This document shows positions 28,706 through 39,097 of a stretch of 64,000 bases of DNA, piece after piece; the first letter of the stretch is position 1, and the number at the start of each line of letters is the position of its first letter. Below the pieces are notes generated by a model that was given only the letters and a program-made list of their open reading frames with translations, was not told the origin of the DNA and did no database searches. This stretch comes from Candidatus Bathyarchaeota archaeon (GTDB taxonomy: Archaea; Thermoproteota; Bathyarchaeia; TCS64): contig CAVYVF010000002.1 in the NCBI GenBank assembly GCA_963771885.1, forward strand, positions 64,001-128,000, written 5' to 3'. The position numbers were made by a program, and so were the translations under genes.

Positions 28706-29836
28706 TTAAATTGTTTTTACTTTTCCCACTTGACTGAAAACGTTACCCACGCCGGGACGGGTTGTGTTGAAGCCCGGCTCGAGCTCCGCTATGGCAGTCG
28801 CCACAATCTCGATGAGGTTTTCTAGGTCGCTTGGGGCGAAGACCTCGACAGGACTGTGACTGTAGCGGCGCGGTATGCCTATTGTGCATGCGGGTATGCC
28901 TCCGCGGGTCTGCATGAGAGTCATGGCATCGGTGCCGCCGCTCATGATGCCGACTTGGTGGGGTATGTTATGCGCCTCCGCGGTGCGACGGAGCCATCTG
29001 TGGACCTGTTGGCTCTGGATCCTCACCCTGTCCCCTTGCTCGCCGACGTGGAGCCCCGCGCCTCTGCCGACCTCGTAGAATAAGTCGCGCATGTTGACGT
29101 CTGGCTGGAAGCCTGAGGGGAAGGTGTCTATGGCGACGGCCATGTCTACGTCGATGTCGTGTAAACACGTTTCGGCGCCGCGGAGTCCTATCTCCTCCTC
29201 GACTGAGCCGATGTAATATACTGTTGCTTTGGTTCGCTTGTTTGCGAACATCTTAGCGATGGTTATGAGTGCGGCGCAGCCGGCTCGGTCGTCGATGCTC
29301 GGGCTTGCTATGAGGCCGTTCGCAAGCTTGACCGGAGATGTTGCGTAGGTGATAGGCGTGCCATTTATGACGCCCATGGCTACCGCCTCCTCCCTGCTTC
29401 TCGCGCCGATGTCGATATACATTTCCTCAATGGGTGGAATTGTGTTCGCCTCAGCGGGGGTGGTTATGTGGCCCGGCTTCATCCCTACGACGCCGACGAT
29501 TGGCCCCTTCTCGGTGAGTATCTGTAGGTGCTGCCCCTGTATGGCGCGCGTGACGCTGCCTCCGATCTTCCTGAAACGAATGAAACCCGTCGCGTCTATG
29601 TTGAAGACTATGAAGCCTATCTGGTCTAGGTGGGAGACGAGCGCCACCTTGGGTGCCATGGGGTCCCCTCCCTTCTGGATGGCTATCACGTTGCCGCGGG
29701 GCGTCCCATATACCTCGTCGACGTAGGGCTTGATTTCGTCGATGAACGTCCTCATCATAGGCTCCTCGAAACCTGAGGGAGCCTGAACCTCAACAAGTCT
29801 GTAGAATAGGTCTAGAATCGAGTCCTTGCCACTCAT
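28706..29836 (-). CDS. M42 aminopeptidase
   Basis: HLDQIG, IDDRAG, EEEIGLRGA, GGTDA, RYSHSP.E. Confidence 0.92.
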   Translation of the reverse strand: MSGKDSILDLFYRLVEVQAPSGFEEPMMRTFIDEIKPYVDEVYGTPRGNVIAIQKGGDPMAPKVALVSHLDQIGFIVFNIDATGFIRFRKIGGSVTRAIQGQHLQILTEKGPIVGVVGMKPGHITTPAEANTIPPIEEMYIDIGARSREEAVAMGVINGTPITYATSPVKLANGLIASPSIDDRAGCAALITIAKMFANKRTKATVYYIGSVEEEIGLRGAETCLHDIDVDMAVAIDTFPSGFQPDVNMRDLFYEVGRGAGLHVGEQGDRVRIQSQQVHRWLRRTAEAHNIPHQVGIMSGGTDAMTLMQTRGGIPACTIGIPRRYSHSPVEVFAPSDLENLIEIVATAIAELEPGFNTTRPGVGNVFSQVGKVKTI

Positions 29837-29874
29837 AAGGAAGGGGTGACTGTTGGGGAAAAGAGGTTTTGGGT

Positions 29875-30201
29875 CTAGATATCAATGATATCGTCTTCGA
29901 GACCTCCCCTCTGCTTCTTCTGAGTAGCGGGGTTGACCTTCTCAAGCATCTCGAAGACGGTCTCCATCTTGCTGTTGCTTAGTATCTCCTTGAACTCCTC
30001 GTACTCGGAGACGTCGCGTATAAGGAGGCCCTTGCGCTTAGTTGGGGCGCCGCTGGCGTCGACGGGATTTACCTCTATGGCGAGTCGCGCGGGCTGGCCG
30101 CGGTATGAGGGTAGTTTCTGTATGAAGACTCCAGGGATGGTAGTTTTGACCTTCGCCCAGTCTTTTCCTGTTGCTAGGAACTCCTGTAGTTTCTCGGACA
30201 T
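29875..30201 (-). CDS. Conserved hypothetical protein
   Basis: 108-aa ORF with typical codon use (DW....T.IPGVFIQKLP...IEVNPVD..G.PTKRKGL). Confidence 0.75.
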   Translation of the reverse strand: MSEKLQEFLATGKDWAKVKTTIPGVFIQKLPSYRGQPARLAIEVNPVDASGAPTKRKGLLIRDVSEYEEFKEILSNSKMETVFEMLEKVNPATQKKQRGGLEDDIIDI

Positions 30202-30280
30202 GGGTATGGCTACACTGTGCCGGTATTCAAGTTTAGCCCTACGGGGATAGTGGTTTAAACGGGATTAACAACTTCATATT

Positions 30281-31972
30281 ATGTCTGATTCTCTGTTCGT
30301 CTACCAGCTGCGGCGATGGGCTGGTCCGGGGAGACACGACGGTGTCGCCCAGAACGGGATGGTAGCATCGAAGCACACCTTGATCGGGGAGGCGGGGTGT
30401 AAGATGATCAGCCGTGGCGGTAATGCTGTGGACGCCGCTGTCGCTGGGGGCTTCATGGACTGCGTCGTCGAGCCCGCTATGAACGGCATCGGAGGAGAGG
30501 GCGTCATGGCGATACACCTCCACACTGGTGAGAACGTCATCATTGACTATGTTGGCAGGCCCTCGAAGGATTGCACACCGGATATGTATGAGCTGTCCGA
30601 CTCGAAGGAGCCGGGCTGGATGGGGTGGCGCGCCGTAAAGAGGGACGCCAACGTCATCGGACACAAGGCTTGCGTCACACCCGGCACAGTGGCGGGACTC
30701 ACCGAAGCACTGGATCGTTATGGCACGATGAAGCTCATGGACGTTATGGCCCCTGCCATAAGCGTCGCGGAGGAGGGTTTCCCCGTCGGCTGGTGGACCG
30801 CTGGTTACATCTTCCAGAGGATGAAGACCTTCGCCCACCTCCCTGAGTGGGGCAAGAAGTTCCTCCACGACGGCAAGTACCCCTACATACCCTTCACCTA
30901 CGATATGCAGAAGCCCGAGATGTTCATCCAGAAGAACCTCGCCAAGTCACTCAAGGCGATCGCGGAGGGCGGCAGGGACGCTTTCTACAAGGGGTGGATA
31001 GCTGACGCGATAGCCGACGAGATGGCGGCGCACAACGGTCTCATCACGCGTGAAGACCTCGCTATGTACGAGCCTATCATCAGCAGCCCCGAGCCAGGTT
31101 ACTACAGGGGATGCGGGTTAGTCTACGACCCGACACATGGAGGCACGACCCTCGTCGAGATGCTCAACATCCTCGAGGGATACAACCTCGCCGGCTACGG
31201 CTTCGGCTCCCCAGAGTACCTGCACCTAGTCGGAGACGCTATAGGACTCGCGTACGCTGACCGTTTCGAGTTTATGGGTGACCCCGACTGGGTCAAGGTC
31301 CCACAAAAGGCGTTGGTCTCCAAGAAGTACGCCGAAGAGCTAAGGAAGAGGATCAGCGTTGACAAGGCGTCGAGGATAGGATTTGGGAAGCCGTGGCCGT
31401 TCGAGCCCGACCACACGACCAGCCTCGCCGTCGGGGACAAGGCGGGGAACATGGTCTGCATAAACCAAACACTAGTCAATCTCTTTGGCTCTGGTGTCGT
31501 CGTCCCAGGGACGGGCATCACGATGAACAACGCCATGTACGGGCTTAATCCCGAGCCGGGTCACGCTAACTCAATCGACGGGAGGAAGAGGCGAATTCAG
31601 AATGTCTGCCCGATTATCCTACTCAAGGATGGCGAAGGGTTTCTCGCAGTCGGCGCGCCGGGCGGGCGCAACATCCCAGTAGCGGTTATGCAGATGGTTC
31701 TACACGTCGTCGACTTTAAGATGGGCATACAGGAGGCTATTGAAGCGCCGAGGTGCACGCGCGAGACTGGGCGTCTATTCATCGACAGTAGGTTCCCGCC
31801 TGAGACCCGGGACAGGCTCAGGGCGATGGGCCACGACCTCGACTGGGTCGACGAGGAGCTCCGGAGCTGGGCGCGCCCCGTCGGGGTGATTAGAGATCCC
31901 GAGACTAGGCTGCTCCATGGTGGTGTCACGACTACTCTCACTAATTTCGAGTCCCGCGCCGTCGGCTGCTAA
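30281..31972 (+). CDS. ggt: Gamma-glutamyltransferase
   Basis: GGNAVDAAVA, EP..NGIGG, PGTVAG, HTT (Thr nucleophile), FGSG, GAPGG, APR. Confidence 0.93.
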   Translation: MSDSLFVYQLRRWAGPGRHDGVAQNGMVASKHTLIGEAGCKMISRGGNAVDAAVAGGFMDCVVEPAMNGIGGEGVMAIHLHTGENVIIDYVGRPSKDCTPDMYELSDSKEPGWMGWRAVKRDANVIGHKACVTPGTVAGLTEALDRYGTMKLMDVMAPAISVAEEGFPVGWWTAGYIFQRMKTFAHLPEWGKKFLHDGKYPYIPFTYDMQKPEMFIQKNLAKSLKAIAEGGRDAFYKGWIADAIADEMAAHNGLITREDLAMYEPIISSPEPGYYRGCGLVYDPTHGGTTLVEMLNILEGYNLAGYGFGSPEYLHLVGDAIGLAYADRFEFMGDPDWVKVPQKALVSKKYAEELRKRISVDKASRIGFGKPWPFEPDHTTSLAVGDKAGNMVCINQTLVNLFGSGVVVPGTGITMNNAMYGLNPEPGHANSIDGRKRRIQNVCPIILLKDGEGFLAVGAPGGRNIPVAVMQMVLHVVDFKMGIQEAIEAPRCTRETGRLFIDSRFPPETRDRLRAMGHDLDWVDEELRSWARPVGVIRDPETRLLHGGVTTTLTNFESRAVGC

Positions 31973-33066
31973 ATTTTCCAGTCGAGGTTGAAGCCGTTTC
32001 TCCAGATTATTACCCTGAAGAGTGTCGCGATGGATATCGTGAGCCAGAGGGGATTATAGACTATGAAGAAGAAGGCGAACTCTGGTAGCGAGAAAGCGTA
32101 GCCGAGGCGCCGCGCGAAGTAGTAGAATACGACCGCGAATACTGAGAATACGGTGAGAAACGCCGCGAAGGCCTTGAATGTGGCGACCCCTGTGAGCATG
32201 GCGACGATTGGAGGTATGAAGAGCAGCTCCTTGCCCGCGACTAAGAGGAATACAAAACTCACAGCATTCACATAGAGGGTATCAGGGAATGCCAGCGTCG
32301 CGGCGAACATGGGCAAGCTAGGGAAGATGATGAGCAGCGCCGCGAATAGAATCTTCGGGTGGCTGACGATGCTGTCGAGAAGCATCATATACCGGCTTGT
32401 TAGCCAGTGCGCCTGCCCCGCTGCCCAACGCCTCCTCTGCCTGACCCAGACGCGCCAACTCGGAGAGACCTTGTTATAGACCTCAATCGCCTCTGCGTAC
32501 CCGAAGCGTAGCCCCCCGATGTAGGCGCGAGTCGCCATGTCGAGGTCCTCGCAAATCTCCTTCCCGAAGCCGTTTAGGCTCCCCCACGCCTCCCTCCTTA
32601 TGGCGAAGGCGGAGCCGTTGAAACCAAGGCATCTCCCCAGGTACTTAGAGAAGACGAGGTTCGTAAAGTTGGCGCTCAGATAGTCATAGTTCACTATCCG
32701 CGCCACGAAGGAGTCCCTGATGATCTTCTTCTTTATCTCGATGAGGTCGAAGTCATCCATCTCCTCGACGACGCGTCCAATGAAGCCCTCCTGGCGGACC
32801 TCGATGTCGCTGTCGAGGAATACGATGACGTCGCAGGGGTGCTCAGCGACCGCGGCGTTCAACGCGTTTACTTTACCGAGTCTTTCCTCGCTAACCCTCC
32901 AAACGACACCCCCCGTCTCGGCGATAAGCGTCCTCGTCATTTCCGTGGGCTCGTCTGCACAGACAACTATCTCCTTATCTTGATAAGGGTCGGCTATGAG
33001 AGCCCTGAGCAGGGGCTTAAGCTGCTCCGACTCTTTATAGACGGGAACGAAAACGCCGACCTTCAT
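31969..33066 (-). CDS. GT2 glycosyltransferase with C-terminal TM helices
   Basis: VPVYKE, GKVNALN, DSD, EDLD, QRRRW. ATG at 33066 chosen as start. Confidence 0.88.
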   Translation of the reverse strand: MKVGVFVPVYKESEQLKPLLRALIADPYQDKEIVVCADEPTEMTRTLIAETGGVVWRVSEERLGKVNALNAAVAEHPCDVIVFLDSDIEVRQEGFIGRVVEEMDDFDLIEIKKKIIRDSFVARIVNYDYLSANFTNLVFSKYLGRCLGFNGSAFAIRREAWGSLNGFGKEICEDLDMATRAYIGGLRFGYAEAIEVYNKVSPSWRVWVRQRRRWAAGQAHWLTSRYMMLLDSIVSHPKILFAALLIIFPSLPMFAATLAFPDTLYVNAVSFVFLLVAGKELLFIPPIVAMLTGVATFKAFAAFLTVFSVFAVVFYYFARRLGYAFSLPEFAFFFIVYNPLWLTISIATLFRVIIWRNGFNLDWKI

Positions 33067-33200
33067 TATGACCCTCTTGTGGTAGATGATAGGGATACGT
33101 GTCGCCAATATATTGCATTCGCAACGCACACGCGTTAACCCCGGCACACAAATGCCCCTCAACCGCCGCCCCTTTTTAACGCCCAACTACATATACATCC

Positions 33201-34283
33201 ATGGCTCCTAGAAGCTACCAATCACTAACAAAGGACGAGACGGCGCACGCCGAAGCGCTGCACCGGGAGAGCATAGTAATAGACGCCAGCATCGTCGCCT
33301 TCATCGAGGGTGTCGGCGAGGACATGATGCTCGAGGACCTACTGAAGGGCGGCGTCACCGCGAGTAACGCGACGGTCTGCATGCAGAGGAACCTCAGCGA
33401 GGCTATGAGGGAGGTAGCCGACGTCCACGAGTGGGCTGAGAAGAAGAAGTCGAAGACACTCGTTGTCCGCAAGGCGGAAGACATAGAGAAGGCGAAGAAG
33501 GAGGGGAAAACCGCCCTCATCCTCGGCCCCCAGGACAGCATGTTCCTCGAGGCGAAGACAGCCTTTCTAGAGATCGCCTGGGAGATGGGCATTCGCATCA
33601 TACAGCTCAGCTACCTCCGCAGCGATGCCGCCGACGGGTGCTGGGACCGCGTAGATGGCGGGCTCACTAACTTCGGAGTCGCCCTCGTCGAGGCCATGAA
33701 CAAGCGTGGTATGCTCATCGACCTCAGTCACGTCGGCGACAAGAGCACCATGGAGACGATAGAACTCTCGAAGCAGCCCGTTAGCTTCACACATGTCATC
33801 CCCCGCGCCACAACGCCTCGCGACCTCAGCCCATACGCGAAGTGGGCTGGGAGTGAAAAGTTCGTGAAGCTAGCAATCGGGCGCGGGCGCACCGACGAGG
33901 CTCTGAAAGCCTGCACCGAGAAGGGCGGTATGGTCGGAGTCACACCATTCTTCGCCAAGACTGGTAAACCCACAACCCTCACCGACGACCTCATGGACCA
34001 AGTCGACTACGTCGTCAACCTAGTCGGCGCCGAGCATGTCGGCTTCGGAAGCGACCTCGACTATCGCAACTCCGTAACCCGCGGCTGCTACATCTGGAAA
34101 TACCCCGAGCGGGTTGACGTCACCTACCACACGGCGATGGACAAGACATGGGGATACGGTTGGCTTGAAAATATGCCCAACTTCACAAAGGGTTTAGTCG
34201 CCCGTGGCTACTCCGATAAGGAGATCAAGGGCATACTTGGCGCTAACTGGGTTAGCCTCTTCAAAAAGGTCTGGGGTGCATAA
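33201..34283 (+). CDS. Membrane dipeptidase (M19) family protein, paralogue 1
   Basis: GLTNFG..LV..MN..GMLIDLSH, SFTH, HVGFGSD, RGYSD.EI..ILG.N. Confidence 0.88.
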   Translation: MAPRSYQSLTKDETAHAEALHRESIVIDASIVAFIEGVGEDMMLEDLLKGGVTASNATVCMQRNLSEAMREVADVHEWAEKKKSKTLVVRKAEDIEKAKKEGKTALILGPQDSMFLEAKTAFLEIAWEMGIRIIQLSYLRSDAADGCWDRVDGGLTNFGVALVEAMNKRGMLIDLSHVGDKSTMETIELSKQPVSFTHVIPRATTPRDLSPYAKWAGSEKFVKLAIGRGRTDEALKACTEKGGMVGVTPFFAKTGKPTTLTDDLMDQVDYVVNLVGAEHVGFGSDLDYRNSVTRGCYIWKYPERVDVTYHTAMDKTWGYGWLENMPNFTKGLVARGYSDKEIKGILGANWVSLFKKVWGA

Positions 34284-34288
34284 CCGAG

Positions 34289-34831
34289 TTGGACAAGCCC
34301 CTCCGCTTCACCGACGCCGGCGAGTGGAGGCTATGGCTTGAAGCCAACCCGAAGGCGAAGGCGGTGTGGCTCACCATTAGGAAGAAAGGGTCAATGCGCC
34401 TCGGCATCGGTTACGAGGAAGCCGTCGAGGAGGCACTCGCCCATGGCTGGATCGACAGTAAGATGAAGTCAGTCGACGCCGACGAGTTCATCCAGCGATT
34501 CACACCCCGCAGAGACGACAGTCCATGGTCCCTTAGGAACAAGGAAATCGCCGAGAGACTCATCGCTGAGGGGCGGATGACCCAACCAGGGCTCGTCTGT
34601 ATCGAAACTGCGAAGAAGAACGGCTGGTGGGACTCCGCCTACACCTCGAAGATCCCCCCAAAGGTGCCCGATTACATAGAGGCAGAGCTGATGAAGTGGA
34701 ACGCATGGGAAAAGTTCAGCGCTTTGTCAAACTCCGCTCGTCTACAGTATGTCTACTGGATAGAGGAGGCGAAGAGGCCGGAGACGAGGATGAGGCGAAT
34801 CATTAAGACTGTAGAGAGAATAACTAAGTGA
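34289..34831 (+). CDS. YdeI/OmpD-associated family protein
   Basis: WRLWL, EAL.HGWIDS, FTPRR..S.WS..N, AKRPETR..RI. Confidence 0.88.
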   Translation: MDKPLRFTDAGEWRLWLEANPKAKAVWLTIRKKGSMRLGIGYEEAVEEALAHGWIDSKMKSVDADEFIQRFTPRRDDSPWSLRNKEIAERLIAEGRMTQPGLVCIETAKKNGWWDSAYTSKIPPKVPDYIEAELMKWNAWEKFSALSNSARLQYVYWIEEAKRPETRMRRIIKTVERITK

Positions 34832-34878
34832 CTGGTCTCTATTTTTTATACCGATTCGCCCCCGTTTCCCTGATTATC

Positions 34879-35970
34879 ATGAGCAGTTACATGAAGCTCA
34901 GCAAGGATCAGAAGGAGCACGCTCTCAACCTCCACAGGGAGAGTGTTGTAATCGACAGTAGCATAGTCGCCGTCATCGATTATGTCGCTGAGAATATGTG
35001 GCTCACCGACGTACTCAAAGGTGGTCTGACAGCCTCAAACCTAACAGTCTGCATGCAGAGGAGCTTCTCCGAGGCGCTGGCGCAGCTCATCGAACATAAC
35101 CACTGGGCGGCGAAGAACAAAGACCGTGTACTCGTCGTGAAGAAGGCAGCGGACATTGAGAAGGCGAAGAAGGAGGGCAAACACGGCGTCATCTATGGGC
35201 CTCAGGACTCGATGTTCCTTGAGCGAAACGTCGACTTCTTAGACGTCGCTTACGACCAGGGACTGCGCGCCATGCAGCTCACGTACAACTGGCTAAACGA
35301 GGTAGGCGCCGGCTGCAGAGAGAAGAAGGACCCCGGCCTCAGCGTCTTCGGGCAACGCGTCGTCGAGAGGATGAACAAACTAGGCATACTCATTGACCTC
35401 AGTCATACAGGCGACCAGACGTGCTGGGACGCTATAGAGCAGTCGAAGGACCCAGTCAGTTTCACACACATCATCCCACGTAAGTCCGCTCCTGAGAAGC
35501 CAGGCGGCTACGCGGAATGGGCTAACAGGAGCACCAGCCTCTGGGGTGATTTCGTCGCCTACTCGAAGCAAAGAGGAAAGCCCGACGACATGATGAAGGC
35601 TTGTGCCGAGAAGGGCGGAGTTATCGGCGTGACTCCCTTCTTCGTCAAGAAAGCGGGGAAGAGCACCCTCACAGACGACCTGATGGATCAACTCGACGTC
35701 CTCGTCGATGTCGTGGGCGTGGACAACGTGGGCTTCGGCAGCGACCTGGAGTTCCCCAACTCAGTCACCCGCGCCGCGTTCATCTGGAAGAACCCACAGC
35801 GCATCGACGTCGACTACTTCACCCCAATGGATAAGTCGTGGGGCTACGGATGGATGGAGAACATGCCCAATTTCACCATGGGCCTAGTGGCGCGCGGCTA
35901 CTCGGACCAGGAGATAAAGAAGATATTGGGCCTGAACTTCGTCAGGCTCTTCAAGAGCGTATGGGGCTAG
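34879..35970 (+). CDS. Membrane dipeptidase (M19) family protein, paralogue 2
   Basis: QLTYN, IDLSH, SFTH, GFGSD. ATG at 34879 follows TTTTATA. Confidence 0.88.
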   Translation: MSSYMKLSKDQKEHALNLHRESVVIDSSIVAVIDYVAENMWLTDVLKGGLTASNLTVCMQRSFSEALAQLIEHNHWAAKNKDRVLVVKKAADIEKAKKEGKHGVIYGPQDSMFLERNVDFLDVAYDQGLRAMQLTYNWLNEVGAGCREKKDPGLSVFGQRVVERMNKLGILIDLSHTGDQTCWDAIEQSKDPVSFTHIIPRKSAPEKPGGYAEWANRSTSLWGDFVAYSKQRGKPDDMMKACAEKGGVIGVTPFFVKKAGKSTLTDDLMDQLDVLVDVVGVDNVGFGSDLEFPNSVTRAAFIWKNPQRIDVDYFTPMDKSWGYGWMENMPNFTMGLVARGYSDQEIKKILGLNFVRLFKSVWG

Positions 35971-36025
35971 CCCTTTCATTCTCGAATCTTATTTACTAGT
36001 CGCGGCATTTTATCAGGGATTAGGC

Positions 36026-36502
36026 ATGGATAGACGGTCCCTTGTCGCTGTGTTCTTCGGGTTGGTTGCGGCACTCTCCCTGTGGGTAGTTTTTTCTTTT
36101 CAATATCCCTTCGTCGCAGGCGGGTTTGAGATAGTCTCAACCCAAGACGACACAATCGTCGTGCAGGACGGCGACATCGCGGGCTACAACGTGGCACGTC
36201 ATGAATTTATTTTATCCGTCGAGGGCGTTGAGAGGATAATGAAGGTAAAAGGGTATCTTGAAGGGCCGTTCACTATTATCGTGGGCGGGGAAGAGGTCCT
36301 TAAAGGAATATTCGTGCCACCGACAATCTCACGATCATACCCCTCGAGCCAGATTGTAATTACGTACCCAACCTTCGACTCGAATTACGGGGTAATGAAG
36401 ATACAGATGGGTTACCCGTGGGACGAGCCCGTGAACCCTGATCCCCGAGACGACCCGAGGATCGCCCAGTACTTCGAATCTACGGGCAGACTGATTGAAT
36501 AA
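36026..36502 (+). CDS. Hypothetical membrane-anchored or exported protein
   Basis: N-terminal TM helix; C-terminal DPRDDPRI...GRL. Confidence 0.7.
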   Translation: MDRRSLVAVFFGLVAALSLWVVFSFQYPFVAGGFEIVSTQDDTIVVQDGDIAGYNVARHEFILSVEGVERIMKVKGYLEGPFTIIVGGEEVLKGIFVPPTISRSYPSSQIVITYPTFDSNYGVMKIQMGYPWDEPVNPDPRDDPRIAQYFESTGRLIE

Positions 36503-36507
36503 ATAGG

Positions 36508-37299
36508 TTACAGGAAGTACTCTGGCTCCCTGCGCTTGCTGTACTCGGTGTGCAGCCACGTCGCCGCCTTTTTTATACCCTCATTGGTCCAGACGCGGGC
36601 GCCGGTCGGGCACGCCTTAACGCAAGCCGAGCATGCCGTGCACTTCTCCTTCGCCGTCTCGACCTTGTCGTCGACCGTGATCGCCCCCGTAGGGCAGACC
36701 TCGGCGCAGGCGCCACATAGTGTGCAGGTCTCGACGTTCGTTTCAGGGAACCGTGGGCCTGATGGGTTCCTCTCCTTGTAGGGTTTGTTGCCGGGGACTG
36801 TGATCTCGACAATCTTGGTTATGTCTTCGAGTTTATTTTTGACCTGTTCGCCGAATTTTTTCGCCTTCTCGATATCCTCCGAGTCGGGACGACCAGGGGC
36901 GATGGGGGTGGCATCGTTTGAGAAGCTGTGCTCCCCGATGAAGGAGGCGGCTGCGACCGTCTTGAACCCCTGCTCGGTTGTGATGTCCTTGAGCTCGATG
37001 AGGGCGTCCTCGATCGCCCTGTTGCCGTAGACTGCGACGAGGACGGCGGGTGTGCCGTTTCCCTTCACCGTCTTGAACCTCTGCGCGGCTACGATTGGTA
37101 CGCGTCCGCCGTAGACGGGTGTTGCGATAATCGCCAGCTCTCCAGCGGGGATCGAGTGGCTCTTCGAAGCCTCCTCGGCGGGAGTCAGGTCGATTTGCCC
37201 GACGTTCTTGATGCCCAGACCCTTCGCGATGCCCTCGAGCACCTTCTTCGATGTGCCTGTTGGTGAGTAGTAGATCAGGTTGACCTTGCTTGCTTTCAT
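36508..37299 (-). CDS. EFR1-family flavodoxin-ferredoxin fusion
   Basis: YYSPTGTS, PVYGGRVP, VYGNR, GEHS, and two CxxCxxCxxxCP motifs. Confidence 0.9.
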   Translation of the reverse strand: MKASKVNLIYYSPTGTSKKVLEGIAKGLGIKNVGQIDLTPAEEASKSHSIPAGELAIIATPVYGGRVPIVAAQRFKTVKGNGTPAVLVAVYGNRAIEDALIELKDITTEQGFKTVAAASFIGEHSFSNDATPIAPGRPDSEDIEKAKKFGEQVKNKLEDITKIVEITVPGNKPYKERNPSGPRFPETNVETCTLCGACAEVCPTGAITVDDKVETAKEKCTACSACVKACPTGARVWTNEGIKKAATWLHTEYSKRREPEYFL

Positions 37300-37339
37300 G
37301 TCGTAGCTACTGTGGCGACACCGTTCTATTATACTACCG

Positions 37340-37366
37340 GGTAACTGGGTTAACCCAACGGTTACC
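37340..37366. promoter_or_regulatory. Nested palindrome (GGTAAC-TGGGTTAACCCA-ACG-GTTACC) between divergent promoters
   Basis: Read directly. Flanked by TATA-like TATTATA on the left and TTTTATA on the right. Confidence 0.5.
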
Positions 37367-37404
37367 AATTTTTATACTGGATACCTGAGTGTTGTTCGAT
37401 ATTC

Positions 37405-38496
37405 ATGAGAAGCTATCTTGACCTAACCAAGGATGAAATCGCACACGCGATGGCGCTTCACAAGGAGAGCTACGTCATAGACGCGAGCCTCGTCGCGTAC
37501 CTTGACTATGTGGGCGAGGACATCTGGGTCGACGACATGCTCAGAGGAGGCTTGACCGCCTCCAACGTGACAGTCGGTATGCAGACTAGCCTGACCGAGG
37601 CACTGAACGAGATGAGCCAGTACCACTCCTGGGCCGAGAAGACGAAGGAGAAGGCACTCCTAGTCAGGAAGGCGGAGGACATCAAGAAGGCGAAGAGGGA
37701 GGGCAAGCACGGCGTCATTTTTGGTCCACAGGACAGCAGCTTCCTCGAGGGGAATACGGGCTTCCTCAAGATCGCCTACGACTACGGTATACGCGTCATC
37801 CAGATCACCTACAATAACCGAGGTTTGGCTGGAGACGGGTGCAAGGAGAGGTGCAACGCGGGGCTGAGCAACTTCGGTGTCGCCCTCGTTGAGGAGATGA
37901 ACCGCCTCGGCGTCCTCGTAGACCTCAGCCACAGTGGTGACCAGACAAGCATGGACGCCATTGAGATGTCGAAGGATCCCGTTGCCTTCACACACATCTG
38001 CCCAAGGGTATCGACGCCCCGTGAGCTCAGCGATTGGGCTAAGTGGAACAACCGCCACACCTTCTATGGCGAGTTCACAAGCTACTCTCTGCAGAGGGCT
38101 AAGACTGACGAGGCGATAAAAGCTTGCGCCGAGAAGGGTGGAATCATAGGTATCACCCCATACTTCGCTAAGAAGCCGGGCAAGTCGACACTCACAGACG
38201 ACATCGTCGACCAGATCGAGTACACCGCCGACCTCGTCGGCGCCGACCACGTCGGCTTCGGCAGCGACGTCGACTACAACAGCACCCTCGACCGCATGGC
38301 ATACATACAGAGGTACCCGGAAACCGTCGACGTCTCATACTTCTCCGCCCTCGACAAGGACTGGGGTTATGGGTGGCTCGGCTACATGCCGAATCTCACT
38401 AAGGGGCTCGTCGCCCGCGGCTACTCCGACGGCGATATCAGGGGCATCCTCGGCGGGAACTGGCTGCGCCTCTTCGAGCGCGTCTGGCGTGGATAG
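37405..38496 (+). CDS. Membrane dipeptidase (M19) family protein, paralogue 3
   Basis: QITYN, VDLSH, AFTH, HVGFGSD. Closely similar to paralogues 1 and 2. Confidence 0.88.
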   Translation: MRSYLDLTKDEIAHAMALHKESYVIDASLVAYLDYVGEDIWVDDMLRGGLTASNVTVGMQTSLTEALNEMSQYHSWAEKTKEKALLVRKAEDIKKAKREGKHGVIFGPQDSSFLEGNTGFLKIAYDYGIRVIQITYNNRGLAGDGCKERCNAGLSNFGVALVEEMNRLGVLVDLSHSGDQTSMDAIEMSKDPVAFTHICPRVSTPRELSDWAKWNNRHTFYGEFTSYSLQRAKTDEAIKACAEKGGIIGITPYFAKKPGKSTLTDDIVDQIEYTADLVGADHVGFGSDVDYNSTLDRMAYIQRYPETVDVSYFSALDKDWGYGWLGYMPNLTKGLVARGYSDGDIRGILGGNWLRLFERVWRG

Positions 38497-38656
38497 GCAA
38501 ATTTTTCATCGTGTCTCTTCGAAGAAAGCGGTAGTGAATTGAGGCTTGTATTCAAGATAGGCATAGAGACCTATATGGTCCTCTTCGCCGCTGTGCATAT
38601 GCGTTTTTTGCCTAAAACCCATTTTTTTAAACGGTGTCACTAACCAATTTAATTGT

Positions 38657-39010
38657 ATGGTCGAGGTAGTGACTATTGGTTACGGCGGGAAGAAGCCCGA
38701 CGCATTCTTCGCCGAGTTGGAGGCGCTCGGCGCGGATCTAGTTGTGGATGTCAGGGTTGATCCATTCCACGCCTTCCTCGGCGTCTACACCAAGAATGGG
38801 CTCGAAGCGAGGCTCGGCGACAGATACGTCTGGGTCAGGGAGCTTGGAAACAGCACTCGTGAACTCCCGCCGACGCTCGTGGACGAGGAGGTGGGACTGG
38901 CGAAGCTCAGGGCTCTAATGGTGGGGCGCCGCCGTATTGCTTTGCTCTGCGCCGAGAAGGACGAAACCCAGTGCCACCGCAGCTATGTCAAAGCCAAGAT
39001 CACTGCTTAG
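38657..39010 (+). CDS. DUF488-family protein
   Basis: TIGY, VVDVR, ELG, LLCAE.....CHR. Confidence 0.85.
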   Translation: MVEVVTIGYGGKKPDAFFAELEALGADLVVDVRVDPFHAFLGVYTKNGLEARLGDRYVWVRELGNSTRELPPTLVDEEVGLAKLRALMVGRRRIALLCAEKDETQCHRSYVKAKITA

Positions 39011-39097
39011 ACGATGTAATGAGCATCGACTGGCGTCGAAGCCGCGTCCCCCGAGTGTAGGAAACCGTTAAAGAGGGACGGGGTGTAGCCCTCCGCA

